Source of the DNA: the human T2T-CHM13v2.0 reference genome, Homo sapiens
Strand: one strand, 5' to 3'
DNA: 64,000 nt
Assembly: GCF_009914755.1 (NCBI RefSeq)
Contig: NC_060947.1
The position numbers were made by a program, and so were the translations under genes. The notes below the pieces were generated by a model. It saw only the letters and a list, made by a program, of their open reading frames with translations, was not told the DNA's origin and searched no databases. Positions 41,030 through 58,903 of this stretch are shown here, piece by piece; positions within the stretch are counted from its first letter, which is position 1; each line of letters begins with the position of its first letter.

Positions 41030-41870
41030 GTTATTCAGTTAAATTTATTTTGAAGAAACCGCAGAAGGTTTTCTAGGGGGAAGATGACACAATCGAATAT
41101 GCTTTTTAAAACATTCTGGCTGCATGTGGAAAACTGAATCACAGGGGTGGGGGAAATTGAACATCTGTTTTAGGGGAACTGCAACAATCCTGGCAAAACA
41201 TGATGGCTGATGCCAAGGTAATGTTAGAACAGTGATCTCGAGGGAGAATGCAAGAATGATACCCCCAAACCTGAGAAGTTTGGCACATGATGTCTTTCAA
41301 TGAGCTAGAGAAGGAGGAAGAATTGCTTAGAAGGCAGTTTTTGATCTCATATATACTGATTTTGAATTAACTATGTGACATACATGAGCATAACTGATGG
41401 GCAGGGGGATAGGTCTCTAGCTCAAAAGAATGATTTTGGTTGGATATAAAAATCTGAGGGTCATGGTTAAGAGTTGTTATTGCTATGGATTTTGATGAGA
41501 TCAAGAAAAATATGTTGATTGAGCATTAAGATTGAAGCTCAACGTTAAAAGAGATTTACGATAGGAGAGCAACCCTCCAAGAAAATGATAAAGTTGCCCT
41601 GAGACAGGAAAACTAGAATAGTGGAATATCTTAGAAGCCAGGGAAGAAGAGTTTTTCCAATAGGAAGGACCGATCAACAATCAATACTACAGAGTGGTAA
41701 GATGAGGCCTGATGTGACTTGGGCCGTGACAAAATCAATTTCAGTTGAAGGATGTGGAAGCAGCCGGATTATTGGTGTTTGAGGTAGCTACGTGAGTAAG
41801 GAAGTAGATACAATGAGCATAGAAATTGTTAAAGAAGTTTAGCTTCAGGAGTGGAAAATAACAAGTCGGT
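41030..41870 (-). mobile_element. L2 fragment
   Basis: L2 ORF2-like motifs: tagaagccagggaagaagagttttt, atttcagttgaaggatgtggaagcagccggatt. Boundaries approximate. Confidence 0.5.
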
Positions 41871-42189
41871 AGGAGATTAAAAACTAATAGCAGAATGTCC
41901 TATTTGTTACTACAGGCAACACTGTATTGCAAGTTAAAATAAATTAGTTAAACCTGACACAAATGCCTGAACGCAAGAAAAAAAATTAAAGGGTTTCTTC
42001 AACCAGACATTTGTATTTTAAGCATTTTATTTTGGCAATCAATTGGGGAAATGAGATATTTTCTCCTCAAAGGTAATGCTGTAGCAGTTATAATTGTATT
42101 CCAGGACTTGCGGGTTACTATTACAAATACTCATGGAAATTAATGAATTTTTATCCCCCTGGCTCTGGAGGAGTGGCTGAAAGCACCGT

Positions 42190-42600
42190 GTTTTATAGTC
42201 TGACAAATTTGGGTTCTATTCCCAGTATCTCTGGATACCAGCTATATGACCTTGAACAAAATACTGAGCCTCTTTCAAAGCCTCAGTTTTCTCATTTGTA
42301 AACAAAGCAGTAACAATAGCTCTTTTATAGAATCATGGAGAAGAATAAATAAGGTAATGAATGTATTGTCTACTACACTGTCTCTCAACCTAGAGACTAT
42401 ATCAAAATCCCCTGAAGAACTTCTTATAATACCTCTCCCAGAATTCATTATCTAGTAGGTCTCCGCACAGCCCGAGAATTTACATTTCTTACAAATTTCC
42501 AGGTGATATTGCGGGTCTGAAACATACTTTGAGAACCACAGCTTTAGCACATAGACAGTCACATAACAAAAACCAATGAATGTAAATATTAGCATTTCTT
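42190..42600. mobile_element. MIR interrupted by a MER5-type (hAT-Charlie) MITE at about 42378-42542
   Basis: MIR core tgaccttgaacaa...cctcagttttctcatttgtaaa; MER5 end agaatttacatttcttacaaatttccaggtgat...ctttgagaaccac. Confidence 0.65.
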
Positions 42601-42659
42601 TGATGGAGACAGCCCCAGGCTGCCTACAGCAAGATGTTCCCTTAGGTTCCTGAAAATAG

Positions 42660-43107
<448 letters not shown>

Positions 43108-44158
43108 CCCCTGCGCTTTTTATAAATTCATTCATTCATTCGTTCGTTCATTCATTCAATAAACTCTGCTACAGTATTCAGAGACTCTTTTCTGCCATAT
43201 TTGCTTTGATCTAGTTAACACTTAATGAGTTTATATACCATAATATCCCTTTTACAGTATCCTGTAACGAATCTCTTTATCATTTCTAGCTTATATCATG
43301 GAGTCTGTGACAGACAACAAGATTGCCTCTGAACCATGCCCTCTACTGATGTGGGTATTATTATACTGATGAGATTTCTTCTTTCTCGTTCTCTGTTATG
43401 AAAAAGCAAGCTCATGGCCCACGGGGCTCATAAAAAATGTACTAAAGGCTGAGAGCAATGGCAACTAATGATATACGTGTAAGTACATATTGATCAAATT
43501 AGAGATGATTTTTTTTTTCACAGCTCAGTGATGTGTCTAACAATAGTATTCTGGGAAATTCCATATATACATAATATAAGCCATGGCTTTATTCAGATAG
43601 AACAAATGCCAGATAATATTGTTAGGAGCTTCTACAATAGCAAAATTCAAAATCACATTATCATTTTAAAACACATAAAATGGCTCACTTTTTTTTTCTT
43701 CAGTGCCTGTCCATCTTGTTTAGAAAAGACTTGATTAAAGCCACATCCACTGATAGGCAATGGAAGTTAGATTAGATACTTGTGTATCCGATACTGTTTA
43801 AAAGACTGGTTCTGTTTTATAATTTGAATTAAATGGTAACTAATCTTTTTTTTTGTAGGAGCTTGGGCTAGGCAAAGTAAGGAATAAAGAAATAAAGTTA
43901 CATTTTCTATGACTAGAGGTATTTTAGAAGAAGTTGAATGCGTACTTAATAAAATGTGTGTTCTATGGAGATTCTACGCATGCATAGAAAACTAGGTGAA
44001 ATAAAAATTCTGCACATTTCTGTAAGCAAGTATCAAGGAAAAAGAGTTCTGAACAATTGCAGCACCCTGTAAGTCTCCTTCATGCTCTTTCCCAATTCAC
44101 ACTATATTCCCACCAGCCTCTCAGGAAGAAACTGCTCTGCTGACCTGAATCATTATAG

Positions 44159-44624
<466 letters not shown>

Positions 44625-44743
44625 TATACCGCATTTTTAATTCTAATTCTGAGGGACACAAGTTATATCAGGTTCTGCTATTATGCAAAATGTTGCTATT
44701 AACTACCTTGTGCATGCTATTTTGGTGGACTTAATTTCTCCCC

Positions 44744-45047
<304 letters not shown>

Positions 45048-45804
45048 TACTAATTTCTTTTGAACACATACATATGAGAGGAATTGCTGGCTCATAAGGA
45101 AGGCATAAATTTAGATTTAGTAGATATTGGCAAATATTAATTTACACTTAAACCAGCAATATTTGAGAGCTCCAGCTGAGGCACCAATTCTCCCCAATAC
45201 TTGATATTGTCTTATTATATTTTAACCATTCGGATGCATATATAGGGGTATTCAAAATTCTTTGATTACTAATGAAGTTAGGCACCTATTCAAATGTTTT
45301 TTACCATCTTTGTCCTCTTTTATGAAGTGCCTGTTCAAATATTTTGCCAACTTTTAAAAAATGGGTTGTCTTTTTATTGATATGTATGAGTTTATTATAT
45401 ATTATGGATACAAGTTTTCTAATCAGATATACGTCTTGTGAATATTTTTCTCCCAGTCCATGACTTTTCTTTTCACTGTTATTAGTGTATTATAATAGAT
45501 AGAATTCTTAGTTTTAATGAAGCTCAATTTATCAGTGTTTGACTTTGTACTTAGTGCTTGTTCGGTCCTAATTATGAAATCTTTGCTTAGCCTGTATCTC
45601 ACTCGTAGATTATTTTACTTATGACTGGAGATTGCCCACCAGATGTAACCACTTACACACTAATGGTCACAGCCATATTCTCCTTGACTATGTTTACTTA
45701 ATCACCATTGGCAGAGACTATGTCTCGTCTAATATTCTTTTATCCCTTATTCAGAGACTCTCATATTATTGTGACTGTAAATTTTCTTAGCTAAAATAAT
45801 TTCC

Positions 45805-45853
45805 CTCTATCTCTCTCTGTCTCACTTTCTTTCTCTCTCTCTCTCTCTCTCTC
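45805..45853. repeat. (CT)n simple repeat
   Basis: ctctatctctctctgtctcactttctttctctctctctctctctctctc. Confidence 0.8.
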
Positions 45854-46475
45854 CAACTCCCAAAGATATATAAGTCGGATTTATTGGGCACAGCTACCAG
45901 GAAAAGGGGTTCAAGAAGGGTTACAGAGCAAATGAATAATCTTTTGCTAGGGCTGAGGAGTCCAACTCATGGCCTCGATATAATTTTTGAGAATGGAAGC
46001 TGGGAATAGAAGATGTCAGGGAACCCTGGGGTTGTTAATAGTATTGAAACAACCTACCTTGCAGTACTTTTGAGAGAGATATAAAACCATCACCCTGTTC
46101 TGAAGCTCGAGCCCTAGCTTATTATTTTCCCTTTATCAATTCACAAATAAAAGCAATGAATTTCCTACAAATACTTCTTCTTGGTTTTGAAGGTATGTTA
46201 TAGAATAGAAAAAGTCTTACAAAGGTGTATTTTCACATAGTGGTTGGTGATGGTGGACAGAAATTTTTAAAAATCATATGTACCCTTCATTTCATATTTT
46301 TATAACAAAATGACAATTTAATCAATGTATTAAATTTTCAAAAGAAAATGCAAATATCTGTTCTACATAGATTGAAGACCAAGAATTTCTGCCAGTGATA
46401 CCCAGCCAAGATTAGTTTTCAGTTAGTCTTTTTATACCATCTTTCAAAACAAATGGTAATGTGCGATCCTTATAC

Positions 46476-46919
46476 TGTTAAAGAAAAAATTATTCAATGT
46501 CACTTGCTGAATCACGGTAAGGCAGGCTTTATTCAAGACCATCTCAATAGGTATAGGGACCGTGAAAATAGGGTCTTGCAGTAGGGGAGAGAGATTGAGC
46601 TCAATTTGAATACAGCACAGGCAAATGGGAATTTTATAACCAAGGAACAGGGTAGGGGTCAGTGGATGGAAAATTATTAAGAGGAAGCATCATGGGTAAG
46701 GGAGACTCCTGCTGAAAATAGTCCAGTCATCCCCTGGAGGATGGTGGATGATGAGGAACATGATCAGATATCCAGGATAATCAAATACCAAGGATGAGTG
46801 TTTTCTGGCTAAACTGATCTGGCCTGCTAAAACTAAATTTTAGGAGAATGTGCACAGACTGGGCTATGAGAAGGTTGGGAAGCCTGAATAAATTTTGGCC
46901 GAGCAAATAATCTTTGTCA
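46476..46919 (-). mobile_element. ERV1 solo LTR, MER31-like (sense to DMD)
   Basis: TG...CA termini; minus-strand start TGACAAAGA; AATAAA on minus (tttatt near 46528); near-TSD atac/gtac. Confidence 0.65.
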
Positions 46920-46995
46920 GTACTAACATAGTTAATAAACAGAGAGTACCCCAGTAATTCATTTATGAAAATGTGTTTCAAAAAATTCCAGTCTC

Positions 46996-47300
<305 letters not shown>

Positions 47301-48853
47301 ATCCAATCTCTTTGAAAGTTATGTATCACTTGACAAAAACATTTCCTTTGTGACGTAGGTTCAGAAACATTGGGTTAAACTAAGTTAAACAATTTTTTTA
47401 ACTACAAAACATTTCAGGGTTGAGTTGTGACTCGCTAAAGAAGGAAATGAAATTATCACATTTTAACAATTTGTTTTTCATTCAACATCTTACGGGATCA
47501 ATGTTCTTTACAATTTCCATTTGGAAATGCTGTTCTAGACTCATCCGTTATATAAATTATACATTTAAGAGGATGTTGGTTCTAAATACTTTAACTTGCT
47601 ATCAAGGCAGAAATTTAAAAGCAAATTTGCTCTTGTTACGTTATTCTCTTTTATATCCAAGAGAAAAAGAATGTTAAGTTGAAAGTTATTTTGCTCAGGG
47701 ACACTTACAAAGATATATACACATTCAGTAGACACTTGCATGACATTACATTTGAAATTGGATATATCTTTTAGCTTTTTATACACAGATCATAGTATGC
47801 AGATTTTAAGTGGTGGAAAATGAATCTTTTAACATTCAAAGTGATGAGCTTTGGAGAAGGCTGTTTTAATCTGTTATACTGCAGGTGTAACTCCTGGTAC
47901 ACTTGTAGGTTAGTAGTGATATTGTAGGCATATTCGATGGATCAATATATATGGAGTACTTGATATTCAGATATTCAGTTCTCCCCGATGCCTTAATCTG
48001 GGTGTTGTTTTTGCAGTGGTTAGGAGGAAGGAGAGGAGGTGCCAAGATTCAGACACTGCAGAAGAGGATTATATAAGCAGAAATAATTCCATGATGCGGT
48101 TTTGTACCTGTTTACTACAAATCAAAGGTGGCTGACACAACTTTGTCCCCAGGAATTCTATAATGGTTAGACGATAGCTGTAAATACGCTCCTGTGTTCC
48201 TTCCAGAGGTGTGTGGGAAACCCTGAGAATGGGGTGTGCATTTGCCCCTAGTTAAGGGTCAACGAAATCTAAGGCAGAATTCAGCTACAGGTTTAGAGCT
48301 ATAGTCTCTTTAGAGTTCCAGGTGTCCCTTTTACTTAAAACTCTTTTTTTCCCTGACATTTTAAATATAAGTTTCCCTATTCACTTTGCAAAGCTTAGTT
48401 AATACTGATATGTAACAAAAATTATTCGCTACACTTGAGCATGTCTCTTCTCCATAAAGATCCAGCTTTAGATAGCAACTCTTCTCATAGATCTGTAAGT
48501 ATTGTGAGAAGATAATTAAAAGTTTGATTATTGTCCATATAAATAGACGGTAAGAAAATACACATTTTCAGTATTGAATAAAGACTTTCCTTCTTCTCAG
48601 CAGAAGTTGATTGTATTCCAGAAAAGGAAAGAATCCTTCCTTTCATAAGGGCAAATTAAAATGCAGGAACTCTGAATTTGGGAGTCTGTTTTTCAAGATG
48701 AATAATCATCTTTGGCAATAGGATTCAAATGGCACAACAGAAGGAATTGAATTGATATTGAATAATCTGAATTCTTGATCCAACCTCTATTTTTGAATAT
48801 GTACATTTAAGATCACTTTGTGCATTTAACTCTCATTATGCATAATTGCATAA

Positions 48854-49220
<367 letters not shown>

Positions 49221-50127
49221 TATTCTACAATTTTTAGAAAGGTAGCAACTTCTTTCCCCACATGACATTAAGTTTTTTATAATACTAAATATGAAGCTTT
49301 AATGCACCAAACATACTTGCAATCATCAATAAACATATGACATATCTCTACTAACAAGCAGATTGGAAATTATGGCATCAATTCACCATCTGTGCCACAC
49401 AGACTCTAGTTTTGAAACTCTTATTTGAAACAGAAAGTTATATATGAGCATAAGAGGACACTGCACATGGAGTTCTTCTAACTTTATGTGTAAATTTCTA
49501 CTTAATAGAATATATACTGTTATAAGCTGCTTCACTTATTGTTAAACCTATATACATATACATTAATAAAAAGTCATTAATATTGACCTACAAATAATTT
49601 GAGTTTTAAAAAATTATTATTACTGTACTTCATTTTTGGAACAGGAATCAAATTATAATAAAACTAGTAGCACAGAAACAGACAAGATTACTTTGGTTAC
49701 CAGAGACTCTGCCAAATTTTCAATGATAATTTACATATGAAAAAAATAGAAGAAAAAGTAGAAAATGTTACCATGGCAGTAAAATATGCATGTATTTGAG
49801 GATGATATTCAACAGGACTTACCTGCAACAAATATAAAAAGGGAAGTGGAAAAATTCACTAAATCCCTTAAAATGTTAAGTACTGAGGGTGGAAAGTAAG
49901 ATAGATAATAATTATAATTTTTCCTAGAATGAGGGTAAGGCTCGAGTTATGAAAACACTAACACCGTCAGAGTAAGTCTTAAGGGAGAACCACTTCTGGA
50001 ATTCCCTGGTTTTGCTCCCCGGCTGATGTACAGAACATATGTCTCTAGAAGAATAATCAAAGGCATTACAAAGAACCCTCTCACTAATTGCTGATAGTTA
50101 CAGTACAGTCCTAGACACCCATAGAGG

Positions 50128-50275
50128 CAGTTCTTTGCCCCTACTACACATCAGAACCACCTAGAGAGCCATAAAATATTACCTAAGCCCATACCCCACC
50201 CCAGACCAACTGAATCACTATCTCTATGCCGGGGCTTGGGCATATGGTTGAAAATTGCAGTCCTAGATGACCTGC
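50128..50275. mobile_element. MER5-type hAT-Charlie MITE
   Basis: acatcagaaccacctagagagc...ccccaccccagaccaactgaatca. Confidence 0.6.
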
Positions 50276-51051
50276 TACAATACACACACACACAAACACA
50301 TTTTCAACTTCATGTACTCTCATACTTTCCACTTCACGCACTAGCACTTGTTCCCTGTACCTTCCTAAGTCCACTTAGAAAATCAGATTTTACATTTTTA
50401 ATTTTTTCGTGTGTGCATTTTAATGAAAGAGTATCACTAAGATAAAATGTGACAGTAGGCAACCAATTTCTTTCTTCACAGAGCATTGAAAATAGACATA
50501 ATTGATTGCCTTAGATTCATGCCCATATATACATATATATGCACATATATACTTCAAACTCATTTTGATAGGGCACAGTAGTGATTTCCTGGTGTAATAA
50601 CAATCCGTTCATTTTTCATGTAACATTGTCTATATGATTTTATTATACTTTTTATACATAGAATGAAATATTTGTTAATAAATGAAGAACTAAGGGCACT
50701 CACTCTATAGCAAAAATGCCACCTCTACTAGTAAGAAAAAGAAATAAACATTTTCTATTATTGCGGCAACTTTCTAAAAGGAAAAAAAAACACAGGAAGA
50801 CTATCACATAATGAAATCCTTTAATTGTTACTTCTTTCTCTATCTCACTCTCTTTTGTTTCATCCAAGAAAACTATTTAACTATTATATAGTGATATGTA
50901 ATTAGAGTCTTTCAATTAAAATTGTTAAGCTACAGATTGTTGACACCACCGAATATACTTGATTAAAATAAGTATAGATGTAAACAAATGTAAACAGAAT
51001 TGCACTTAAATGATATTCATTATTTAGTTCATTTATTTAAAATGCATTGAT

Positions 51052-51414
<363 letters not shown>

Positions 51415-52613
51415 CTAATAAGCAAAGGTCTCTACTTCTCAGAAGCTCTGTTGGATGATACAGGTTTGTGTACAAATATTACATTAACATGGAAAAAGTG
51501 CTAACATGCAGTAGAGGAGGCATAAACTTGCTCGATTAGGTTTGGTGGTTGGAGGTTTTACAAAAGAGATGATGAGGCAAATTGGTGTTTACCTACACTT
51601 GACAGCCCCCACCCATAGTTAGTATAAAATGTAATTATAATTTTGTGTATACAGTACTTGAAAAATTATTACAGCCAATCACAATAGTGGATATAAAAAT
51701 TCCAAGTCTATTTACAAGGAAAACATTCTGGCCAAATATGACCATAAATATTTGTGCTTACAATACCTAGAAATTTCAAATGTTTGATATGTTAAATATT
51801 TTTATTTGTAGAGTTCTTCACTTTCAAATATAGATTACTTTTAATGAGATAGAAACAATTATCAGTTTGATTCATTAAGGGACAATATCACTTTACAGAA
51901 ATTTACATGTATTTATTAACATGTGAAGCACTTTAGTAGATAAAAAGGACATTTTTGTATCACTTAAAACATTAGGATGAAATTATGAAATGTACATGCT
52001 GCCTACTGGCACCAAAGATTATAAGCCGGTCTCACAATTGGCTTTTCATTATATAAAGAACACCCATTATATGCTTGGAATTCCTATGCCAGCAGGCATA
52101 CAGCAAATGCTGGAAGCCCATTGTTCATAACTTTACTTCTTGCCAAGCATTTCAGTTATATTTTCTTTGGTTATATAAAGGGCCAGAGCTATTTTAAGTG
52201 AAAGAGGTAGCCATCCTCATCTCACTATATGACAGATGTCATATTACAATGCCCTACATAATAGTATGCAAGGGCAATGCTACCTCCTTCGACCTGGTGT
52301 AAAATTCCTTAGAATTACAACTGTGTGTTTAGACAATAAAACCGAAGGATTTGCCTCAAATATCAAAACTAAGTGCAAATGGGCAATGCTATATAGATGA
52401 GCAGGAAACATTTCTCACTCTCCTCTAAGTGAATGCTAATATGATTTCATGAATTGACACAACTAAATTTTGCTTTATAAGAACATACATAGCCAAAGGA
52501 TTTAAAAAAAAAAAAACCACCTTAAAACAAGTTACAGAGGGTTAAACGGAAGCAAAAGTAGGTAGCTAAGTATTAGGAAGGGTGGAATAATGTCTAGGAA
52601 ACGAGAGTAATAA

Positions 52614-53039
<426 letters not shown>

Positions 53040-53998
53040 CTAGATCTTCTTATGGTCCTCAGGACATAAGAAGCACACTAAAAGGCCTATAGAGGATAGA
53101 TGATGCCCATTTAAACCTTTAATTCTGCCTAAAGTTCTGCCAGGTTTATGTACGGGCATAGTGCACATAAAGCATGCATAAGAATGCATATTTTTTGCCT
53201 TGCCTTTAGTTTTTCCAGGTTTTCATGATATTAACACCAACGATTATGTCAGAGTTATGCTTTGTTTTTTCTCAATGGGAGAAATCCAAGCATAGGCCCC
53301 CTAAAGAATGAAATGTAAAACAATGACTCCTGCCTGATACAACCAGAAGGAAGATTGACAATACAACATGAAAAGTCACGGAGTAAATTATTTTCATACA
53401 AGTGGAGAAATTATTTTCAGGGAATTCGTAGACCGACAGCTATTCACAGGCCATCAAACACCCATAAGGACCTTTGTCATCCTTCAATCACTTCAGTAGA
53501 GAGAGAACATGTATGAAAGAGACAGAAAACACAGTTAAATAAGCAATTCCTGTTCAGTAAGTGTCTGCAGGGAGTTTTTCAGAGTGTGTACGGATAACAC
53601 GTATACCTACTCGATCCTACAAGTGCGTGGTTCTGAACAGAAGCAAATTTGAAGTATTAATAACAATGAAGATGGAAATAGGGTTGTTGAAAATTCTGTA
53701 TTTAATGAGTGAACTCAGCGACTGCAGACACAAAGAGTGTGGATTCTCCGAATGATTATAAAAGCCTTAATAGAAATAAATGATTACTAATTGGAATGGG
53801 ACATGAAAGAAGATAACCTTGTTACAAAGATTCCAGGCAAAGAAAGAAGAGATGGTTCCAATTACAATAATCAAAGAGGTGATTTTCTTAGAATATGGCT
53901 AAGGAAACACATTTTCATTCATTTGTTTCATTCATTTTTTTAGTGCAGTGTTTGGGAACTAACCTCAGTACTAGTGAACATATGATGTTAATTCTTTA

Positions 53999-54348
<350 letters not shown>

Positions 54349-54564
54349 TTAATGGTTGATTCCATAATACTGATTCTCATTATAAATTACTGTAACTTTT
54401 AGTTGTCTTAAATATTAAACAAAATAACAACAATAGTGCCAACAAGTGCTGCTAGTGCTGAAAATTTCTTCAGATTGTTAGAGGAACAGTATTTCAGTAC
54501 ATATATTTTGTTACAATTTCGAGAAAGAATTCAAAACCCAGAATGGGAATAACAAAGACCTTTT

Positions 54565-54815
54565 AGAGTTGTGTTTCTCAAAGAAAGACCCCAGGAATAC
54601 ATGACTTGTAAAGACCTACCAGAAGAATATCATTTAGAATGGGGCTTTAGAATCTGCATTTTTAATAAGCATTCTAGGGGATTCTGCTGTATTCTAGAGT
54701 TTGGGAAGGACTGCCTAGTAGATTGTAAGGCCAAGGTAGTGATTAATTGATCTAGGCTAGAGTAAAGCTGTGGCTGAAATATTTTTCTAAGTTCTCCCAG
54801 TGAGTCTAACAGCCA
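54565..54815. mobile_element. MER5-type fragments
   Basis: ggggctttagaatctgcatttttaataagcattctaggggattctg; ttttctaagttctcccagtgagtctaacagcca. Confidence 0.55.
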
Positions 54816-57079
54816 GGAGAAAGAACACCTGTGCATTGGCAGTGACAGCGGAGGAGGTATTGTACTTTGCCAAGGAAGTATGCACAGAATCATTTTTATA
54901 TAGGTAATAACTGTATATCTAACAAAACTCTATTTCATTTCACTCTTAAATTCAGAAAAAAAATACATGTAATTCAAAATAAACGTTATCACTGGATATG
55001 GTAGCAAAACAACAGTGCGTAGATATGTGCTTATGTTTCCGTGTGAGTTCTATCTATGTGTGTGCTTATATATGTGTACACACACATATACACAACACAT
55101 ACAGTGAGAGAAAGAGAGGCAGTTTATAATCTTCCAACATTTTTGGCTTATGTCAACCTGTAGGTTAAAAATCTGACTTTGTGATGCCAAAGAGGAAAGG
55201 TATAGGAAGGAGCAGAGAAAATAACTCAAATATGGTTTACTTAGGTATGGGAGGTGAAAGATTATTTGTGGCATCATTACAGCTTTGTGAAACAATTGGC
55301 AAGGTTGTGCAAAGTACCATCTTGATCAGTGAAGCTTTTTCCCTTAAGGATGGATTACAAGTGTGTAATTCAACCTTGACTTGTAGACCTCCATTTCCTC
55401 TCTAGTTATGTGAATGTGCACCATACAATACAAAGTTCTATACCTATTACTTTAAACCAGTAACGTTTTATTGTACTTAATAATAGTCTTAGGCTATCTA
55501 GGTAATCTCTGTTTATAGGTGTTTACAAAGTAATATTATTTTATGTAAACTAATAAAAACGTTGGTGCTAATTGCTTTACACATTGCTTGGAAAAGCAAG
55601 CCATTTTTGCAGTTGAGTAGTTGCTCAGCACTATTGGCCAATCTATTTCTATAGCTTCTTGTTTTTCATCTCCTTCAACAAGTTCATCTGCCAATATTTT
55701 GCTCCCCGTGTTGCTCTAATCTCAATTTCTATCTTAAAAAAATACAATGGTAAGGGGGTACTTTGCAAGTTAGGCCTAAGAAGGAGACTGATTTCCCAAG
55801 GATGTTCACGTTGATTTATTGCCTTTTAAAATACTAGTTGCACAATGAAATGACAAATTCTGCCAATTTACATACTATTCCTAGTGTCATTCTTTCAATT
55901 TTTCAACCAGAATTCATATACACAGAAAACATGCTTTTCTTGTTTCCTGAGTTCCTTCAAGCAAAACATAATTCTATAATGAGCAATTATAGCCTAACAC
56001 CTGCTGCTATGAAGAGGACCTTGTCAACATCTATCTAAATTGAAGAACAACAGCATTCCTTGATTTTGGGAAAATGAGCAATAAACGAAGTCCATTTCTT
56101 AGCAGAAAAACTCATAGGCAATGTATTCCAAGGTAGCTCACAGAATAATCAGGATTTAATAGAATTAGATTTTTTACCATCATTTGAGAGAAAGTTTTGC
56201 TCTGGGCTAAGTATTATGGTTAAGGAATCCAAGAAAAACACTAAAATTCCTGGATCCCTTACAGGCAATATTTACTTAAAATAAAACCATCCATAAAAGT
56301 CCTTCTCTACTATAGTATCTCTTCCTGTTTTTCTTATGAAACAAGAACTCTGCTCAAGCTGAAAGGTAAACAAATCGGATAGAAGCATCATTTGAGCTCA
56401 AGCCATATCAACAATCTTGTGGATTTACATTGCCAGGAAATCTTTTTTCAAAATTATGCCGGGATAATTACATCAACAAAAATGGAGGCAGAAATCTTGG
56501 TATAATATCAAAAAGATGGGGGAAGAATAGGTTGCTGGAAAAAGCCTGCTAGCAGATTGCCTAGAAAGAAAAATGAAGCCATTCTAATATGTTAAAATCT
56601 CATCTAAACATTGAAATAAATGATTATTCACTTACAGAGTAAACAGATATGTTTAAGTGTATTTTTTTACGTAGTCACATGTATATATGATGTTTCTGTG
56701 TGCCTATGTACACGCACACATACATACACACACTTGAACGTCAACTTGTACGTATTAATAGTGCAATAAAAAATGTTGTCAGGGATGACTTCCCCTCTGG
56801 CATTCCCAGCACTATGACTGACAGCTCTTACTGCATCAATAGAAGAATTGTATTTAAACAAAAGTTATGGTACAATTCCTAGGTTGATGCTTAATAGACA
56901 GTAAATACTACAGGAACTACCAATAAGCTTCCTTATTAAATAAATGTATTTATTCATTTGATCTTATGTAAAGAACACAAAAGGTAAAAGAAAAAAATTA
57001 AAAAAGAGTATTTTATTTTTGTATAATTAAAAAATCTAGTTCCTTCTTCCTGGATTTGAGGTATCTATATCTGTATCTA

Positions 57080-57083
<4 letters not shown>

Positions 57084-57150
<67 letters not shown>
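57084..57150. repeat. Compound (TC)19(TA)14 microsatellite
   Basis: Direct read of ctctct... running into tatata... Confidence 0.95.
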
Positions 57151-57153
<3 letters not shown>

Positions 57154-57609
57154 CATATCTATATCAATATTGATAATGTTTCTTTACTTCTTAAATAAAG
57201 AATTACCTAAGCATCTTTTTTCAAGCGGGAGAATGAAAACACAATTATTCTAAGATGGCGAATATTGACAAGGGAATGAAATGGTGAAAGCAAATCTATC
57301 TAGAAAAAAGGGCCCCCTTAGCCTGAATGAATAGACCAGTGAATGAGGAAACAAAATGATTAAATCAAGTCTTTTGAAAGCACAGCATTATTGTGAGACA
57401 TATTGTAAAGATCTGTGCAGCTATTCTGCCCTTCCTACATACTCATTGCTCTCTATTATACAAAGAAGGAACACAGAGAAAAGAACATTATACTTGAAGT
57501 TAGAATACCTGGGTTTGAGTGTGACTTTATCACTTACTAATTATGTGATCTTGAACAAGTTACTCAACCTCTTTGTGCTCAGTTTCCTTTTCTAAAAAAT
57601 GGACATACA

Positions 57610-57882
57610 GGCCGGACTTGGTGGCTCACACCTGTAATCCCAGCACTTTGGGAGGCCGAGGTGGCAGATGACTTGAGGCCAGGAGTTCAAAACAAGCCTG
57701 GCCAACATGGTGAAACCCCGTTTCCACTAAAAATACAAAAATTAGCCAAGTGTGGTGGCACATGCCTGTAGTCCCAGCTATCTGGGAGGCAGTGGTTGCA
57801 GTGAGCTGAGATCACGCCACTTCACTCCAGCCTGGGCAACAGAGTGAGACTCTGTCCTGATTAAAAAAAAAAAAAAAAAAAA
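57610..57882 (+). mobile_element. AluS with ~32-nt right-arm deletion, inserted in a MIR
   Basis: cccagctatctgggaggcagtggttgcagtg lacks the tgaggcaggagaatcgcttgaaccc segment; degenerate TSD gga(c/t)ataca; MIR core on both sides (about 57490-57600 and 57890-57975). Confidence 0.92.
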
Positions 57883-58508
57883 GGATATACAAATATCCAG
57901 GGCTAATTGGAGATTCAGATTTGATAATGCATAGGAAAGATCCTAGTACACTATAAGACACCTTACATTTATAAAGTAGTATAATTGTCATCCACATACC
58001 ATTATTATTACATCATAGTGAAAAAATACAACTTACAAGAGTTCAGCTGAGCTTAAAGAATATATTCATTTGAAGCCCAATCATTGTTGTGTGAGCTTCT
58101 TCATATTATCTTATTTCAATTATTATGCTTTTATCTTAGACTCTAATTATATATCCAGTTTTACTTACGCCATTAAATGAATTTTAAAAGGAGTCACATT
58201 AAATAAAGGCCCTTTAAATTTTTTATGAGATAAAGAGTTGCCATAGACACACTCTTTTGCATCTTACCCGGTACAGTCAAACTCAATTAACTATTCAGAC
58301 TGGCAAAGCATCTTTTACATTTTTCGTAAAGATTCTAAGTGAAAAGATTGTACTATTTTTCAATTAAGTTATATATCTTTCAAAAATAGCTGGTAGATTA
58401 AAGCAAAGGCACTGTCACAATCACAGATTCTATTTAGTGCCATTTAGAGGACAAAAATGAAGCCAGCTAGACTTGAAAATGTGTTCATAGTGATTTTTCA
58501 ATGTATCA

Positions 58509-58903
<395 letters not shown>

